A stretch of 64,000 nt of DNA from Oscillospiraceae bacterium. Lineage in GTDB: Bacteria > Bacillota > Clostridia > Oscillospirales > Oscillospiraceae. Under the pieces are notes generated by a model, which saw only the letters and a program-made list of their open reading frames with translations, had not been told where the DNA came from and did no database searches. Both the position numbers and the translations under genes were made by a program. This document shows, piece by piece, positions 19,058 to 28,683 of the stretch. Numbering within the stretch: position 1 is the stretch's first letter; every line of letters begins with the position of its first letter. The stretch covers positions 28,482-92,481 of the forward strand of contig JAGPMA010000001.1 of assembly GCA_018053145.1 (NCBI GenBank). The letters are read 5' to 3'.

Positions 19058-19573
19058 ATGGAAAAAGATGCTTTAAACATCTCGTTCCGCAAAGCAAGTG
19101 AAGCTGATTTGGACAGCGTTTTTCAGGTTTTCACTGATGCGATTGCGGAAATGAACCGAAACAATATTCCGCAGTGGGACGAGCTTTATCCCGACAGGGA
19201 GATTTTGAAGGAAGATATTTCGAAAAACCAGCTTTATCTCGGTATGGTGGATGGCGACATTGCCTCGGTCTATTCTGCCAATTCGGAATGCGACGAGGAA
19301 TATGAAAACGGCGACTGGCAGTATCCCAATGCGTCGTTTGGCGTTATTCACCGACTTTGCGTAAATCCAAAGTTCCAGAACAAGGGCGTCGGAAATGCGA
19401 CGCTTGTGCATATCGAACAGGAGCTAAAAGCTCAAAGCCTTGAAACGATTCGTCTTGACGTATTTACGCTTAATCCCTTTGCACTTCGGATGTACGACAA
19501 GCTCTGCTACGTCAAGGTTGGCACAGTCGACTGGCGCAAGGGCAGATTCTGGCTGATGGAGAAAAAGCTATGA
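19058..19573 (+). CDS. GNAT family N-acetyltransferase
   Basis: Acetyl-CoA binding motif FQNKGVGNATL. 171 aa. Confidence 0.85.
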   Translation: MEKDALNISFRKASEADLDSVFQVFTDAIAEMNRNNIPQWDELYPDREILKEDISKNQLYLGMVDGDIASVYSANSECDEEYENGDWQYPNASFGVIHRLCVNPKFQNKGVGNATLVHIEQELKAQSLETIRLDVFTLNPFALRMYDKLCYVKVGTVDWRKGRFWLMEKKL

Positions 19574-20013
19574 GATACACTCACACGAATATTATTGCAA
19601 AGGACAGCGCAAAGCTGATTTCGTTTTATAAGGAAGTTCTCGGCTGCAGGAGCATTGGTGAAACAAGAGACCTGCGTGGGGAATGGCTGGATAAGATGAC
19701 GGGCGTGGAGAATGCGCATATCGTCGGTGAACATTTGTGTCTGCCGGGCTATGATGATAAACACCCGACGCTTGAGATATTTTCATATGACGAGGTCTTA
19801 GAAGACAACAACCGTGGTATTAACCGCTGTGGATTTGCCCACCTCGCTTTCGAGGTCGAAGATGTGGCTGATGTGTTGAAAAGAGTTCTTGCCGCCGGCG
19901 GAGGAGAGCTCGGCGAGCTTGTAAATGCGGAGTACGCAGACGGAAGAAAAGCTCAGTTTGTCTATGCCACGGATGTTGAAGGCAACATTCTAGAGCTTCA
20001 GAGCTGGTCATGA
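19570..20013 (+). CDS. VOC (glyoxalase/bleomycin resistance/dioxygenase) family protein
   Basis: 147 aa with a paired beta-alpha-beta-beta-beta pattern (HTNI...FYKEVLG, FAHLAFEVEDV). 4 nt overlap with the GNAT gene. Confidence 0.75.
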   Translation: MRYTHTNIIAKDSAKLISFYKEVLGCRSIGETRDLRGEWLDKMTGVENAHIVGEHLCLPGYDDKHPTLEIFSYDEVLEDNNRGINRCGFAHLAFEVEDVADVLKRVLAAGGGELGELVNAEYADGRKAQFVYATDVEGNILELQSWS

Positions 20014-20078
20014 GTGTTTATGATTTAGTCATTATTAATACGAGTATATTTTACTTTACTTAAAGGGCGGTACTGCTT

Positions 20079-21611
20079 ATGGTTTCCAAAATACGGTCAC
20101 TTGGAATAAAGGGTATCGGCGGATACGAGGTGTCCGTTGAGTGCTTTTTGTCGAGCGGCTTACCCGCCTTTGACATTGTAGGGCTTCCGGATACCGCCGT
20201 TAAGGAAGCGCGCGACCGCGTTCGAGCGGCTATCAAAAACACGGGGCTTAGCTTTCCTGTTTCTCGGCTGACGATTAACCTTGCGCCTGCCGACACCAAG
20301 AAGGGCGGCACGACCTACGACCTGCCAATGCTTCTGGCGATACTTTCGGCCAACGTCGCAATCAAAACCCCCTCCGAGGACTGCGCGTTTTTCGGAGAGC
20401 TGGGATTAACCGGTGAGCTTCGACCTGTTCGCGGTTCATTGCCGATGGCACTTGCCGCAAGGCGTGCGGGTATAAAAAAACTGTTTGTACCGGAGGATAA
20501 CGCACCGGAGGCTTCGTTTGCCGAGGGCGTTGAGGTGTTTCCGGTTAAAACCGTCTCCGAACTGATTAAGCATATTTCGGGCGAAGCACCGATTTCGCCC
20601 ATTGAAATGCCTAAGCTTGAAAATACCGCTGCGTATATTGCGGATTTTTCCGAGGTTAAGGGACAGGAAAACGTTAAAAGAGCGCTTGAGGTTGCGGCGG
20701 CAGGCGGTCACAACATTCTGCTGGTCGGTCCCCCCGGGGCGGGAAAATCCATGCTTGCCAAGCGTTTGCCGACGATTTTGCCGGACATGAGCAGTGCCGA
20801 GGCGCTTGAAACCACTGAAATACACTCGGTCGTCGGACTGACAAGCCGTGAAAATCCGCTTGTCACGCAACGACCCTTCCGGGCTCCGCACCACACGCTA
20901 AGCTCTTCGGCAATGGCAGGCGGAGCGCAGCTTCAGCCGGGGGAGATTTCGCTTGCACACAACGGCGTGCTGTTTCTGGACGAAATGCCAGAATTTCACC
21001 GTGATGTTCTGGAGGTTATGCGCCAGCCACTTGAGGACGGGAAGGTTACAATTTCGCGCTCAACAGGCGCGGCTACATATCCTGCAAGCTTTATGCTCGT
21101 TTGTGCGATGAATCCCTGTAAGTGCGGCTGGTATGGTCACCCCTCGGGACGCTGCCGCTGCTCGGACAGCAGCGTGCGGAAATACCACAGCAAGCTCTCG
21201 GGGCCGCTGATTGACCGAATTGATATTGTTGTTGAGGTTCCTGCACTCGAATTCGACGAGCTTCGAATAAGAAAACCCGCGGAAAAGAGCGAAGACATCA
21301 AAAAGCGTGTCAATGCGGCAAGGCACACTCAGCGTTTGCGCTTTGAAAGCGCGGGCTTTGACTGCAACGCGAGAATGGAACAAAAGCAACTTCGCGAGTT
21401 CTGTGAGCTTTCCGAGGACAGCGAGATGCTGATGAAGATGGCGTTTGAAAAAATGGGACTTACGGCGCGAAGCTACGACAGGATTTTGCGTGTGGCGAGA
21501 ACGATAGCTGACCTTGACGGTGCGGAGAGCATTTTGCCGAATCATCTTGCCGAGGCAATCCAGTACCGCACCTATGACTTCCGTGAAGCCAATGGTGAAA
21601 CGAAGGAGTAA
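20079..21611 (+). CDS. comM: YifB/ComM family Mg-chelatase-like AAA+ ATPase
   Basis: N-terminal Lon-like ChlI domain, Walker A GPPGAGKSML, Walker B VLFLDEMPEF, and a C-terminal Mg-chelatase domain. Confidence 0.93.
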   Translation: MVSKIRSLGIKGIGGYEVSVECFLSSGLPAFDIVGLPDTAVKEARDRVRAAIKNTGLSFPVSRLTINLAPADTKKGGTTYDLPMLLAILSANVAIKTPSEDCAFFGELGLTGELRPVRGSLPMALAARRAGIKKLFVPEDNAPEASFAEGVEVFPVKTVSELIKHISGEAPISPIEMPKLENTAAYIADFSEVKGQENVKRALEVAAAGGHNILLVGPPGAGKSMLAKRLPTILPDMSSAEALETTEIHSVVGLTSRENPLVTQRPFRAPHHTLSSSAMAGGAQLQPGEISLAHNGVLFLDEMPEFHRDVLEVMRQPLEDGKVTISRSTGAATYPASFMLVCAMNPCKCGWYGHPSGRCRCSDSSVRKYHSKLSGPLIDRIDIVVEVPALEFDELRIRKPAEKSEDIKKRVNAARHTQRLRFESAGFDCNARMEQKQLREFCELSEDSEMLMKMAFEKMGLTARSYDRILRVARTIADLDGAESILPNHLAEAIQYRTYDFREANGETKE

Positions 21612-21697
21612 CGGTAAAGCTTTACTTTTCAAAAATCGTACAAAATCAGGATAGATTATTAGGCACTTAAGTAAATATAATTAAAGGAACACAACAA

Positions 21698-22867
21698 ATG
21701 AACGATATGATACTCCTTAAGCAGGGAGAAATTGTGCTGAAAGGGCAGAACAGGCGCTTTTTTGAGAACAAGCTTCTGGCGAACATAAGGCGCAGACTCA
21801 AGCCCTTCGGCAATTTTAAGGTTTATTCGACCCAGTCGACTGTTTATGTTGAGCCGAACGGTGACTGTGACATGGATGGGGCGCTGGACGCGATGCTGAT
21901 GGTTTTCGGTGTGGTCGGTGTCACCCGTGCGCTTGCCTGCGAAAAGGATAAGGACGCGATATTTGAGGCGGCAAAGAAGTACCTGTCAGAGGATATGCAC
22001 TCGGCAAAGAGTTTCAAGGTGGAGGCAAAGCGTGCTGATAAGAATTTTCCGATGTCCAGCATCGTGCTTTCACAGTATGTCGGCGGACTTTTGAGCGACG
22101 AATTTCCGGAAGTCAAGGTGGATGTGCATAACCCAGAGCTTACCGTCCATGTTGAGGTGCGTGAAGCCTCGGCTTATGTCCATGCCAATCCACTGCCGGG
22201 AGCAGGAGGAATGCCGGTCGGCTCAAACGGCAGTGCAGTAACGCTTTTATCGGGAGGGATTGACAGTCCTGTTTCGAGCTATATGATTGCTCGACGCGGA
22301 ATACATCTTGTGCCCGTTCACTTTTTCTCCTTTCCTTACACCTCCGAGCAGGCAAAGGAAAAGATTCTGGAGCTTGCAAAAATTCTGACAGGCTGCTGCG
22401 GAAGACTTGCCGTGGAGATTGTGCCGTTTACGCATATTCAGGAGGAAATCCGCGCAAACTGCCCCGAGGAGTATTTTACTTTAATTATGCGTCGCTTCAT
22501 GATGCGCATTTCCAATAAAATTGCGCTGCAAAACGGTTGCAAGGCGCTTGTGACAGGTGAAAATCTGGGACAGGTCGCAAGCCAGACGATGGAGGCTCTC
22601 CGTGTTACGGAGGAGTGCGTTTCGCTGCCTGTTTTGCGTCCGCTGATTGGCATGGACAAGACTGATATTGTGCAGATAGCGAGAAAAATCGGAACCTTTG
22701 AGACCTCAATATTGCCATATGAGGATTGCTGCACGGTGTTTACGCCGCGCCATCCGAGAACTAAGCCCAGGCTTGAGGACGTTTTGGAGGTTGAGTGCGT
22801 TCTGGAGGTTGAGGCTCTTGTGAACGAAGCCTTTAATAACAGAGAAATTATTAAGTTCGACATTTAG
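21698..22867 (+). CDS. thiI: tRNA 4-thiouridine(8) synthase ThiI (no rhodanese domain)
   Basis: THUMP region followed by the PP-loop SGGIDSPV. 389 aa. Confidence 0.92.
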   Translation: MNDMILLKQGEIVLKGQNRRFFENKLLANIRRRLKPFGNFKVYSTQSTVYVEPNGDCDMDGALDAMLMVFGVVGVTRALACEKDKDAIFEAAKKYLSEDMHSAKSFKVEAKRADKNFPMSSIVLSQYVGGLLSDEFPEVKVDVHNPELTVHVEVREASAYVHANPLPGAGGMPVGSNGSAVTLLSGGIDSPVSSYMIARRGIHLVPVHFFSFPYTSEQAKEKILELAKILTGCCGRLAVEIVPFTHIQEEIRANCPEEYFTLIMRRFMMRISNKIALQNGCKALVTGENLGQVASQTMEALRVTEECVSLPVLRPLIGMDKTDIVQIARKIGTFETSILPYEDCCTVFTPRHPRTKPRLEDVLEVECVLEVEALVNEAFNNREIIKFDI

Positions 22868-22951
22868 TTTGCAATACTATTATCGACTTGCATTTTTTAA
22901 CGTGGACAGTTGCCCACGTGTCAATTCTTTCTAACTGAAGGGAAGAGTCTT

Positions 22952-24229
22952 ATGAAAAACACTCTTAATGCTGAAATTTTGTCAGTCGGAACAGAGCTTT
23001 TGCTGGGCAGCACAACGAATACAGACGCAAGGGACATTTCCATATATCTCTCCGAGCTGGGTATTAATGTGTTTTACCACACGGTTGTGGGCGACAATCC
23101 CGAAAGGCTGACGAAAGCGGTGGAAATTGCGCGTAAACGCGCCGATGTAATTATAACAACCGGTGGTCTGGGTCCGACCTGCGATGACCTTACAAAGCAG
23201 GTGCTGGCAAGCGCGTTTGACCTTGAGATGGTTCTGCATGAGGAGCTTGCAGAGGAGATTAAGCGCTATTTCAAGGAAGTCATCGGTGTTGACACCATGA
23301 CGGAGAACAATCTTCAACAGGCATATTTGCCGGACGGCTGCACCGTTTTCCACAACGAGTGGGGAACGGCGCCGGGCTGCGCCTTTGAGTCGAAGGGCGT
23401 GCGCGTGATTATGCTTCCCGGCCCTCCGCGTGAGTGCAACGCAATGTTTAAGGCCTGCGCCATGCCCTATCTTAGGGCACTTTCCGATGAGGTGATTTTG
23501 TCCCACAATCTGAACATCGTCGGCAGCGGAGAGAGCACGGTCGAGTCAAAGCTGGTTGACATGATGAATGAACTTACTAACCCAACGCTTGCACCTTATG
23601 CCAAGGAGGGCGAGGTTCAGCTGCGTATTACCGCAAAAGCAAAGACTGCGGAGGAAGCGGAGAAGATGACAAAACCTGTCATCGAAAGAGTTCGCGCAGT
23701 TTTGGGCGATATAATCTACGGAATGGACGTTGCCAGTCTTGAACAGGTGGTTTTTGAGCTGCTCTGCGAGAAGGATATGACAATTTCAACGGCAGAGAGC
23801 TGTACGGGCGGACTTATTGCAAAGCGAATCACAGACCTTCGCGGCTCGTCAAAAGCGTTTATCGGCGGTGCAGTGACCTATGCGGCTGAGAGCAAAACCT
23901 CTGTTTTGGGTGTTGCGCCTGAGCTGATTGAGAAATTTGGCGTGATTAGCGCCGAGGTCGCCTCCGAAATGGCGAAAAAGGCCAGGGAGCTTTTCAAGAG
24001 CTCAATCGCGGTTGCCACAACCGGGCTTGCCGGGCCTGAGGGCGATGGGATAAACCCTGTCGGAACGGTTTTTGTCGCGCTTGCAACAGAAAGCGAGGTT
24101 TTTGTGACGAAGCTCAGCTCCGGCTTCGGACGGGCAAGGGTTAGAACTCTGGCTTCAAACTGCGCTTTGGATATGACGAGGCGTTATCTTACACAGAGGC
24201 CTGTCGTGGTTGATTACCACAAAAGATGA
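22952..24229 (+). CDS. cinA: CinA family protein (MoCF-like N domain plus nicotinamide-nucleotide amidohydrolase PncC domain)
   Basis: AEILSVGTELLLG N-terminus and a C-terminal TAESCTGG deamidase motif. ATG 22952 has a GAAGGGAAGAG RBS. The upstream TTG start in the ORF track is rejected. Confidence 0.9.
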   Translation: MKNTLNAEILSVGTELLLGSTTNTDARDISIYLSELGINVFYHTVVGDNPERLTKAVEIARKRADVIITTGGLGPTCDDLTKQVLASAFDLEMVLHEELAEEIKRYFKEVIGVDTMTENNLQQAYLPDGCTVFHNEWGTAPGCAFESKGVRVIMLPGPPRECNAMFKACAMPYLRALSDEVILSHNLNIVGSGESTVESKLVDMMNELTNPTLAPYAKEGEVQLRITAKAKTAEEAEKMTKPVIERVRAVLGDIIYGMDVASLEQVVFELLCEKDMTISTAESCTGGLIAKRITDLRGSSKAFIGGAVTYAAESKTSVLGVAPELIEKFGVISAEVASEMAKKARELFKSSIAVATTGLAGPEGDGINPVGTVFVALATESEVFVTKLSSGFGRARVRTLASNCALDMTRRYLTQRPVVVDYHKR

Positions 24230-24385
24230 ACATTTCATCAAAAAACAACCCTAGCCGACTTTGATTGTATTGCTTTTTCGGGAAATCCATGTATAATAAA
24301 ACCGTTGTTTTTCTTTATGACACCTTAGGCCCTTTGCGGACAAAGCTCCGTAAACAGGGATAACATATTTTAGGAGGATACTTAA

Positions 24386-24943
24386 ATGCTTACCTACGAG
24401 ATGGACATAGCCGGATTAAAGCGCGATTTGCCTATTTGCCGCGTTACCGACGATGTTTACATCGGCGCTTTCGTTATATTCGGAGATGTGGAGCTTACCG
24501 TCCACTGTGCCACAGAATTACTGAAGAGAGCACCGGAATATGATTATATAATTGCACCGGAGGCAAAAAGCATTCCGCTTCTCTACGAAATGGCTCGTCA
24601 GAGCGGGCAGAATAAGTATTTTCTTGCACGTAAAGCCCCAAAGCTTTACATGACAGGTGTCTTTGAGGTCGAGGTGAAATCTATTACCACAGATGCCGTG
24701 CAGAAGTTGGTTCTCGATGTTGCGGATGCAAATGAAATGCGCGGAAAGCGCATCCTCATCATAGATGACGTTATCTCAACGGGCGAATCACTCAAGGCGG
24801 TGGAGGAGCTTGTTGAAAAAGCAGGCGGGAACATTGTCGGACGGATGTTCGTCCTTGCAGAGGGCGCCGCGCAGAAGCGCGAAGATGTTACCTTCCTTGC
24901 ACCCTTGCCGCTTTTCAACGCGGATGGTACGCCGAAGGAGTAG
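24386..24943 (+). CDS. Type I phosphoribosyltransferase (Apt/Xpt-like purine PRTase)
   Basis: PRPP-binding loop ILIIDDVISTGESL. Xpt-like length and layout. Substrate not determinable from sequence. Confidence 0.8.
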   Translation: MLTYEMDIAGLKRDLPICRVTDDVYIGAFVIFGDVELTVHCATELLKRAPEYDYIIAPEAKSIPLLYEMARQSGQNKYFLARKAPKLYMTGVFEVEVKSITTDAVQKLVLDVADANEMRGKRILIIDDVISTGESLKAVEELVEKAGGNIVGRMFVLAEGAAQKREDVTFLAPLPLFNADGTPKE

Positions 24944-24952
24944 TATAAAACT

Positions 24953-24990
24953 AAAATCACCGTCTCCCATTTTTGGGAGACGGTGATTTT
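24953..24990. terminator. Bidirectional intrinsic terminator
   Basis: A 17 bp perfect hairpin (AAAATCACCGTCTCCCA / TGGGAGACGGTGATTTT) between convergent genes. Confidence 0.9.
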
Positions 24991-25005
24991 AGACAAGACT
25001 TAAAT

Positions 25006-25455
25006 TCATTTTCGTATTTTTCTAAAAAATTCGGTTAAAAGAGAAGTACATTCAGATTCGAGGACGCCGCTGAAAACCGCGGGATGATGGCCGTAACGCT
25101 CGGAAAAAAGGTCGATCACACTTCCGCAGGAGCCGAAGTTTTCTTCCCTCGTACCAAAAACAACGCAGGGAATTCGAGCGTTAATTATTGCTCCCGTGCA
25201 CATTGGGCAAGGCTCTAGCGTTATAAAAATGGTGCAGCCGTCAAGCCGCCAGTCACCCCTTGTGCGGCAGGCTTCGTCTATTGCGTTTAGCTCCGCATGA
25301 CCGAGCGCGGAGCGTGTGCGCTCTCGCGTGTTTTCACCTGTTCCGATGACCGTTCCGTCTTTGTCTGTTATAACACAGCCGACGGGAATTTCACCCGCTT
25401 CATAGGCCTCCCTCGCTTTCGCAAGAGCAAGCCGCATATATTTTTCGTGATCCAT
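25006..25455 (-). CDS. tadA: tRNA adenosine(34) deaminase
   Basis: HAE and PCPMC zinc-binding deaminase motifs. 149 aa. Confidence 0.93.
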   Translation of the reverse strand: MDHEKYMRLALAKAREAYEAGEIPVGCVITDKDGTVIGTGENTRERTRSALGHAELNAIDEACRTRGDWRLDGCTIFITLEPCPMCTGAIINARIPCVVFGTREENFGSCGSVIDLFSERYGHHPAVFSGVLESECTSLLTEFFRKIRK

Positions 25456-25502
25456 AAGGTCCCACCTTTTGATGGATATATTAATTACACTTGGAGGAAA
25501 TC

Positions 25503-26084
25503 ATGCTGGAACAAATACTAACCTACTTTCTTGTGGGCGCAAGCCTTTCCGTGGACGCCTTTGCGGTGACCGTGGGAGAGGGCCTTGCCTGTCCAAAGAA
25601 CAGACTGAGAAATGCACTTAAGCATTCGCTATATTTTGGCTTTTTTCAGGCGCTGATGCCGCTAATCGGCTTTTATCTTGCAGGAACGGTAAGCGGAAAA
25701 ATCATGTCAGTTGGCCCATACATCAGCTTTTTCATGCTCGCTTTTGTCGGCGGAAAGCTGCTTGTTGATTCGATTAAGGAAAAAAGCGAGGAAGAGAAGA
25801 ACAAAGCCGCAGAAGAAAAATTCAGCCACTCAAAGGCGGTTATGCTCGCGCTTGCTACGAGCATTGATGCGCTGGCTGTCGGCGTCAGCTTTGCTTTTAC
25901 CGAAAGCAGCGTGTTGCTGCCCTGCGCGATAATAGGCGTGACGACTTGTATCATTTGCGCGCTTGGCGGACTGCTTTGTGCAAAGCTTCCGAAGGGCTCG
26001 GGCAAAACAGCGGGCATTGTCGGAGGGCTGGTGCTCATTGGAATTGGAGTTAAACTGCTCGTTGAGGGCGTGTTCTTAAAGTAA
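25503..26084 (+). CDS. mntP: Manganese efflux pump MntP family
   Basis: Six TM helices with duplicated SVDAFAV / SIDALAVG motifs. A GGAGG RBS precedes ATG 25503. Confidence 0.88.
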   Translation: MLEQILTYFLVGASLSVDAFAVTVGEGLACPKNRLRNALKHSLYFGFFQALMPLIGFYLAGTVSGKIMSVGPYISFFMLAFVGGKLLVDSIKEKSEEEKNKAAEEKFSHSKAVMLALATSIDALAVGVSFAFTESSVLLPCAIIGVTTCIICALGGLLCAKLPKGSGKTAGIVGGLVLIGIGVKLLVEGVFLK

Positions 26085-26087
26085 TAA

Positions 26088-26122
26088 AGAAAAGGGGAGT
26101 CGCAGCGGCTCCCCTTTTTTAT
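26088..26122. terminator. Bidirectional intrinsic terminator
   Basis: GGGGAG / CTCCCC stem flanked by an A-run and a T6 run, between convergent mntP and lepA. Confidence 0.8.
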
Positions 26123-27928
26123 TTATTCGTCGAGCTTTAATACAGCCATAAAGGCTTCCTGGGGAACAGAAACTGAGCCAAAGGAGCGCATGCGCTTTTT
26201 GCCCTCCTTCTGTTTTTCGAGGAGCTTCTTTTTTCTTGTAATGTCGCCGCCGTAGCACTTTGCAAGAACATCCTTGCGGACTGCCTTGACGGTTTCACGC
26301 GCAATTACCTTCCCACCGATTGCCGCCTGAACTGGAATTTCAAAAAGCTGACGGGGAATGTTTTCCTTGAGCTTCTCGACAATTTTTCTTGCGCGGGCAT
26401 AGGCCTTGTCCTTGTGAACAATGAAGCTCAGAGCGTCCACAATGTCACCGTTTAGGAGTATGTCCAATTTGACAAGATTGCTTTCGCGGTAGCCTGAAAG
26501 CTCGTAGTCGAGCGAGGCATAGCCCCGAGTGCGTGCCTTGAGGGCATCGAAAAAGTCGTAGATGATTTCGTTGAGCGGCATGTCATAGTGCAATTCAACT
26601 CGTGTTTCGTCAAGATACTGCATGTTCTTATATTCGCCGCGCCTGTCCTGACACAAATCCATGATGTTGCCGACATACTCGGAAGGTGTGATTATTGAAG
26701 CCTTGACGAAGGGTTCTTCCGCTCTGTCAATATGAACGGGGTCAGGATAGTTAAGAGGGTTATCGACTATCAGCATCTCGCCGTCTGTTTTAACGACGTG
26801 GTAGATAACGCTTGGTGCGGTGGTGATTAGGTCAAGGTCATATTCTCGCTCCAAACGCTCTTGAATAATCTCCATATGGAGAAGACCGAGAAAGCCGCAA
26901 CGGAAACCGAAGCCGAGTGCCGCGGAGGACTCCGGCTCAAAGTGGAGCGCCGCATCATTAAGCTTCAGCTTATCGAGAGCGTCACGCAAATCGGGGTATT
27001 CCGCACCGTCAGCAGGGTAAATACCCGAAAATACCATGGGCTGAGCTTCTCGATAGCCGGGAACAGGCTCGCTGGCGGGGGTTTCCTGTCCTGTTACGGT
27101 GTCGCCCACCTGAGTGTCGGTGACATTTTTTATGCTTGCCGTGAAGTAGCCGACATCGCCTGCGCTAAGCTTTTCGCAGGGCTCAAGTCCAAAAGGACGG
27201 AGATGCCCGACCTCAACAACCTTATATTTTGCGCCAGATGCCATCATTTGGACATTCATTTCCTTGCGGATTTCGCCGTCCATAATGCGCATTAGGACTA
27301 TTACGCCGCGATAGGTGTCATACTGACTGTCGAAAACCAGCGCACGAAGTGCGGCGGCGGGGTCACCCTTTGGTGGCGGTATCCTATTAACGATCATTTC
27401 TAAAACGGCTTCGATGTTTATTCCGTTTTTTGCGCTGATTTCAGGTGCATCCAGCGCGGGAATGCCGATGATGTCTTCAATCTCTGTTTTTGTGCGCAGG
27501 GGATCGGCGCTCGGCAGGTCGATTTTATTGATTACGGGCAAAACCTCAAGGTTGTGCTCAATGGCCAGATAGGTGTTGGCCAGAGTTTGCGCCTCGATGC
27601 CCTGTGAAGCATCCACGACCAAAATTGCGCCCTCGCAGGCGGCAAGAGAGCGAGACACCTCGTAGTTGAAGTCAACATGTCCCGGTGTGTCTATAAGGTT
27701 GAGCGTGTAGGTTTCGCTATCCGCGGCCTTATAGGAAAGCCCGATGGCGCGCGCCTTGATGGTTATGCCGCGCTCGCGCTCAAGCTCCATGTTGTCGAGC
27801 ATCTGCGGTGTGATATCGCGGCTTTCCACTGCACCGCATTTTTCGAGAAGACGGTCTGCTAGCGTTGACTTGCCGTGGTCAATATGGGCTATAATTGAAA
27901 AGTTTCTGATTTTGTTCTGAGAAATCAT
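26123..27928 (-). CDS. lepA: Translation elongation factor 4 (LepA)
   Basis: GTPase motifs [17 protein letters not shown] and NKID, plus the LepA-specific C-terminal domain. Confidence 0.97.
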   Translation of the reverse strand: MISQNKIRNFSIIAHIDHGKSTLADRLLEKCGAVESRDITPQMLDNMELERERGITIKARAIGLSYKAADSETYTLNLIDTPGHVDFNYEVSRSLAACEGAILVVDASQGIEAQTLANTYLAIEHNLEVLPVINKIDLPSADPLRTKTEIEDIIGIPALDAPEISAKNGINIEAVLEMIVNRIPPPKGDPAAALRALVFDSQYDTYRGVIVLMRIMDGEIRKEMNVQMMASGAKYKVVEVGHLRPFGLEPCEKLSAGDVGYFTASIKNVTDTQVGDTVTGQETPASEPVPGYREAQPMVFSGIYPADGAEYPDLRDALDKLKLNDAALHFEPESSAALGFGFRCGFLGLLHMEIIQERLEREYDLDLITTAPSVIYHVVKTDGEMLIVDNPLNYPDPVHIDRAEEPFVKASIITPSEYVGNIMDLCQDRRGEYKNMQYLDETRVELHYDMPLNEIIYDFFDALKARTRGYASLDYELSGYRESNLVKLDILLNGDIVDALSFIVHKDKAYARARKIVEKLKENIPRQLFEIPVQAAIGGKVIARETVKAVRKDVLAKCYGGDITRKKKLLEKQKEGKKRMRSFGSVSVPQEAFMAVLKLDE

Positions 27929-28023
27929 ATTGTCCCTCCAAGGACGGCAATTTATGTTTGAAAAGGTATTTACAGGGATAAAAATACGTTGTATGCTTTC
28001 AAGGTTGGGTTATCCTTACCCCG

Positions 28024-28461
28024 TTAATCGTGCTTAAGGTTTCTTAGACGTACGATTTGCAGCTCCGTCTCGGCCATTGTGGCGGTCTGCTCCGCGAGAG
28101 ACAGGTCCTCGTGATAGGTCAAATGAAGAATCATTTTTTTAGCCGCGCCGTCAACGTAGTCCATTGCGGCTTTTCGAAGAGCGTTGTCGGAAATTTCGGA
28201 AAGTGACCTGTTAAGCTCGGCAACGGCTCCCGTCGCGCAAGCTCCGGTGGCTTCGTCGTCGCTTCTGCCGAGGATATAGTCTGCCGATACGCCAAAATAA
28301 TCGCAGACCCTGCATACAAAGGGCAGCCCCGGTTCACGCGTTCCGTTTTCGTAATGCGAAAGCAAGGCCTGACTGATGTGAAGGTCCGCGGCGAGCGCCC
28401 GTTGGTTCAAATCCCGAGAGTGACGGAGCTCCGATAATGCAGTTCCGAAATTGCGTTCCAT
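28024..28461 (-). CDS. XRE family helix-turn-helix transcriptional regulator
   Basis: HTH_3 motif LNQRALAADLHISQALLSHYENG. A GGAGGG RBS favours ATG 28461 over 28476. Confidence 0.85.
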   Translation of the reverse strand: MERNFGTALSELRHSRDLNQRALAADLHISQALLSHYENGTREPGLPFVCRVCDYFGVSADYILGRSDDEATGACATGAVAELNRSLSEISDNALRKAAMDYVDGAAKKMILHLTYHEDLSLAEQTATMAETELQIVRLRNLKHD

Positions 28462-28596
28462 GCCATCCCTCCGCATTTGTGATTACTTACTGTATTATAA
28501 AGTGGCCGCAGCGTTTTGTAAACACAATTCTAAGTTAGCTATCAAAACCCATAAACATATAAGAAAGTAAAATGTTTATAAATATTTACGCTTTTG

Positions 28597-28619
28597 TTCA
28601 TTTGTTCGTAACAAATGAA
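28597..28619. promoter_or_regulatory. Perfect 10-3-10 palindrome, candidate operator
   Basis: TTCATTTGTT-CGT-AACAAATGAA in the divergent XRE/htrA intergenic region, about 65 bp upstream of the htrA ATG. Confidence 0.5.
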
Positions 28620-28683
28620 TATTAGTATGAGCACAGCAAAGAAAATTTTATTTCAAACCAAAAGCAACTAAGGAGGTTCGATT

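Noticed and set aside
21060-21632. 190 aa minus-strand ORF inside comM/yifB
   Set aside because: Shadow ORF antisense to a conserved AAA+ gene.
22982-23506. 174 aa minus-strand ORF inside cinA
   Set aside because: Shadow ORF antisense to a conserved gene.
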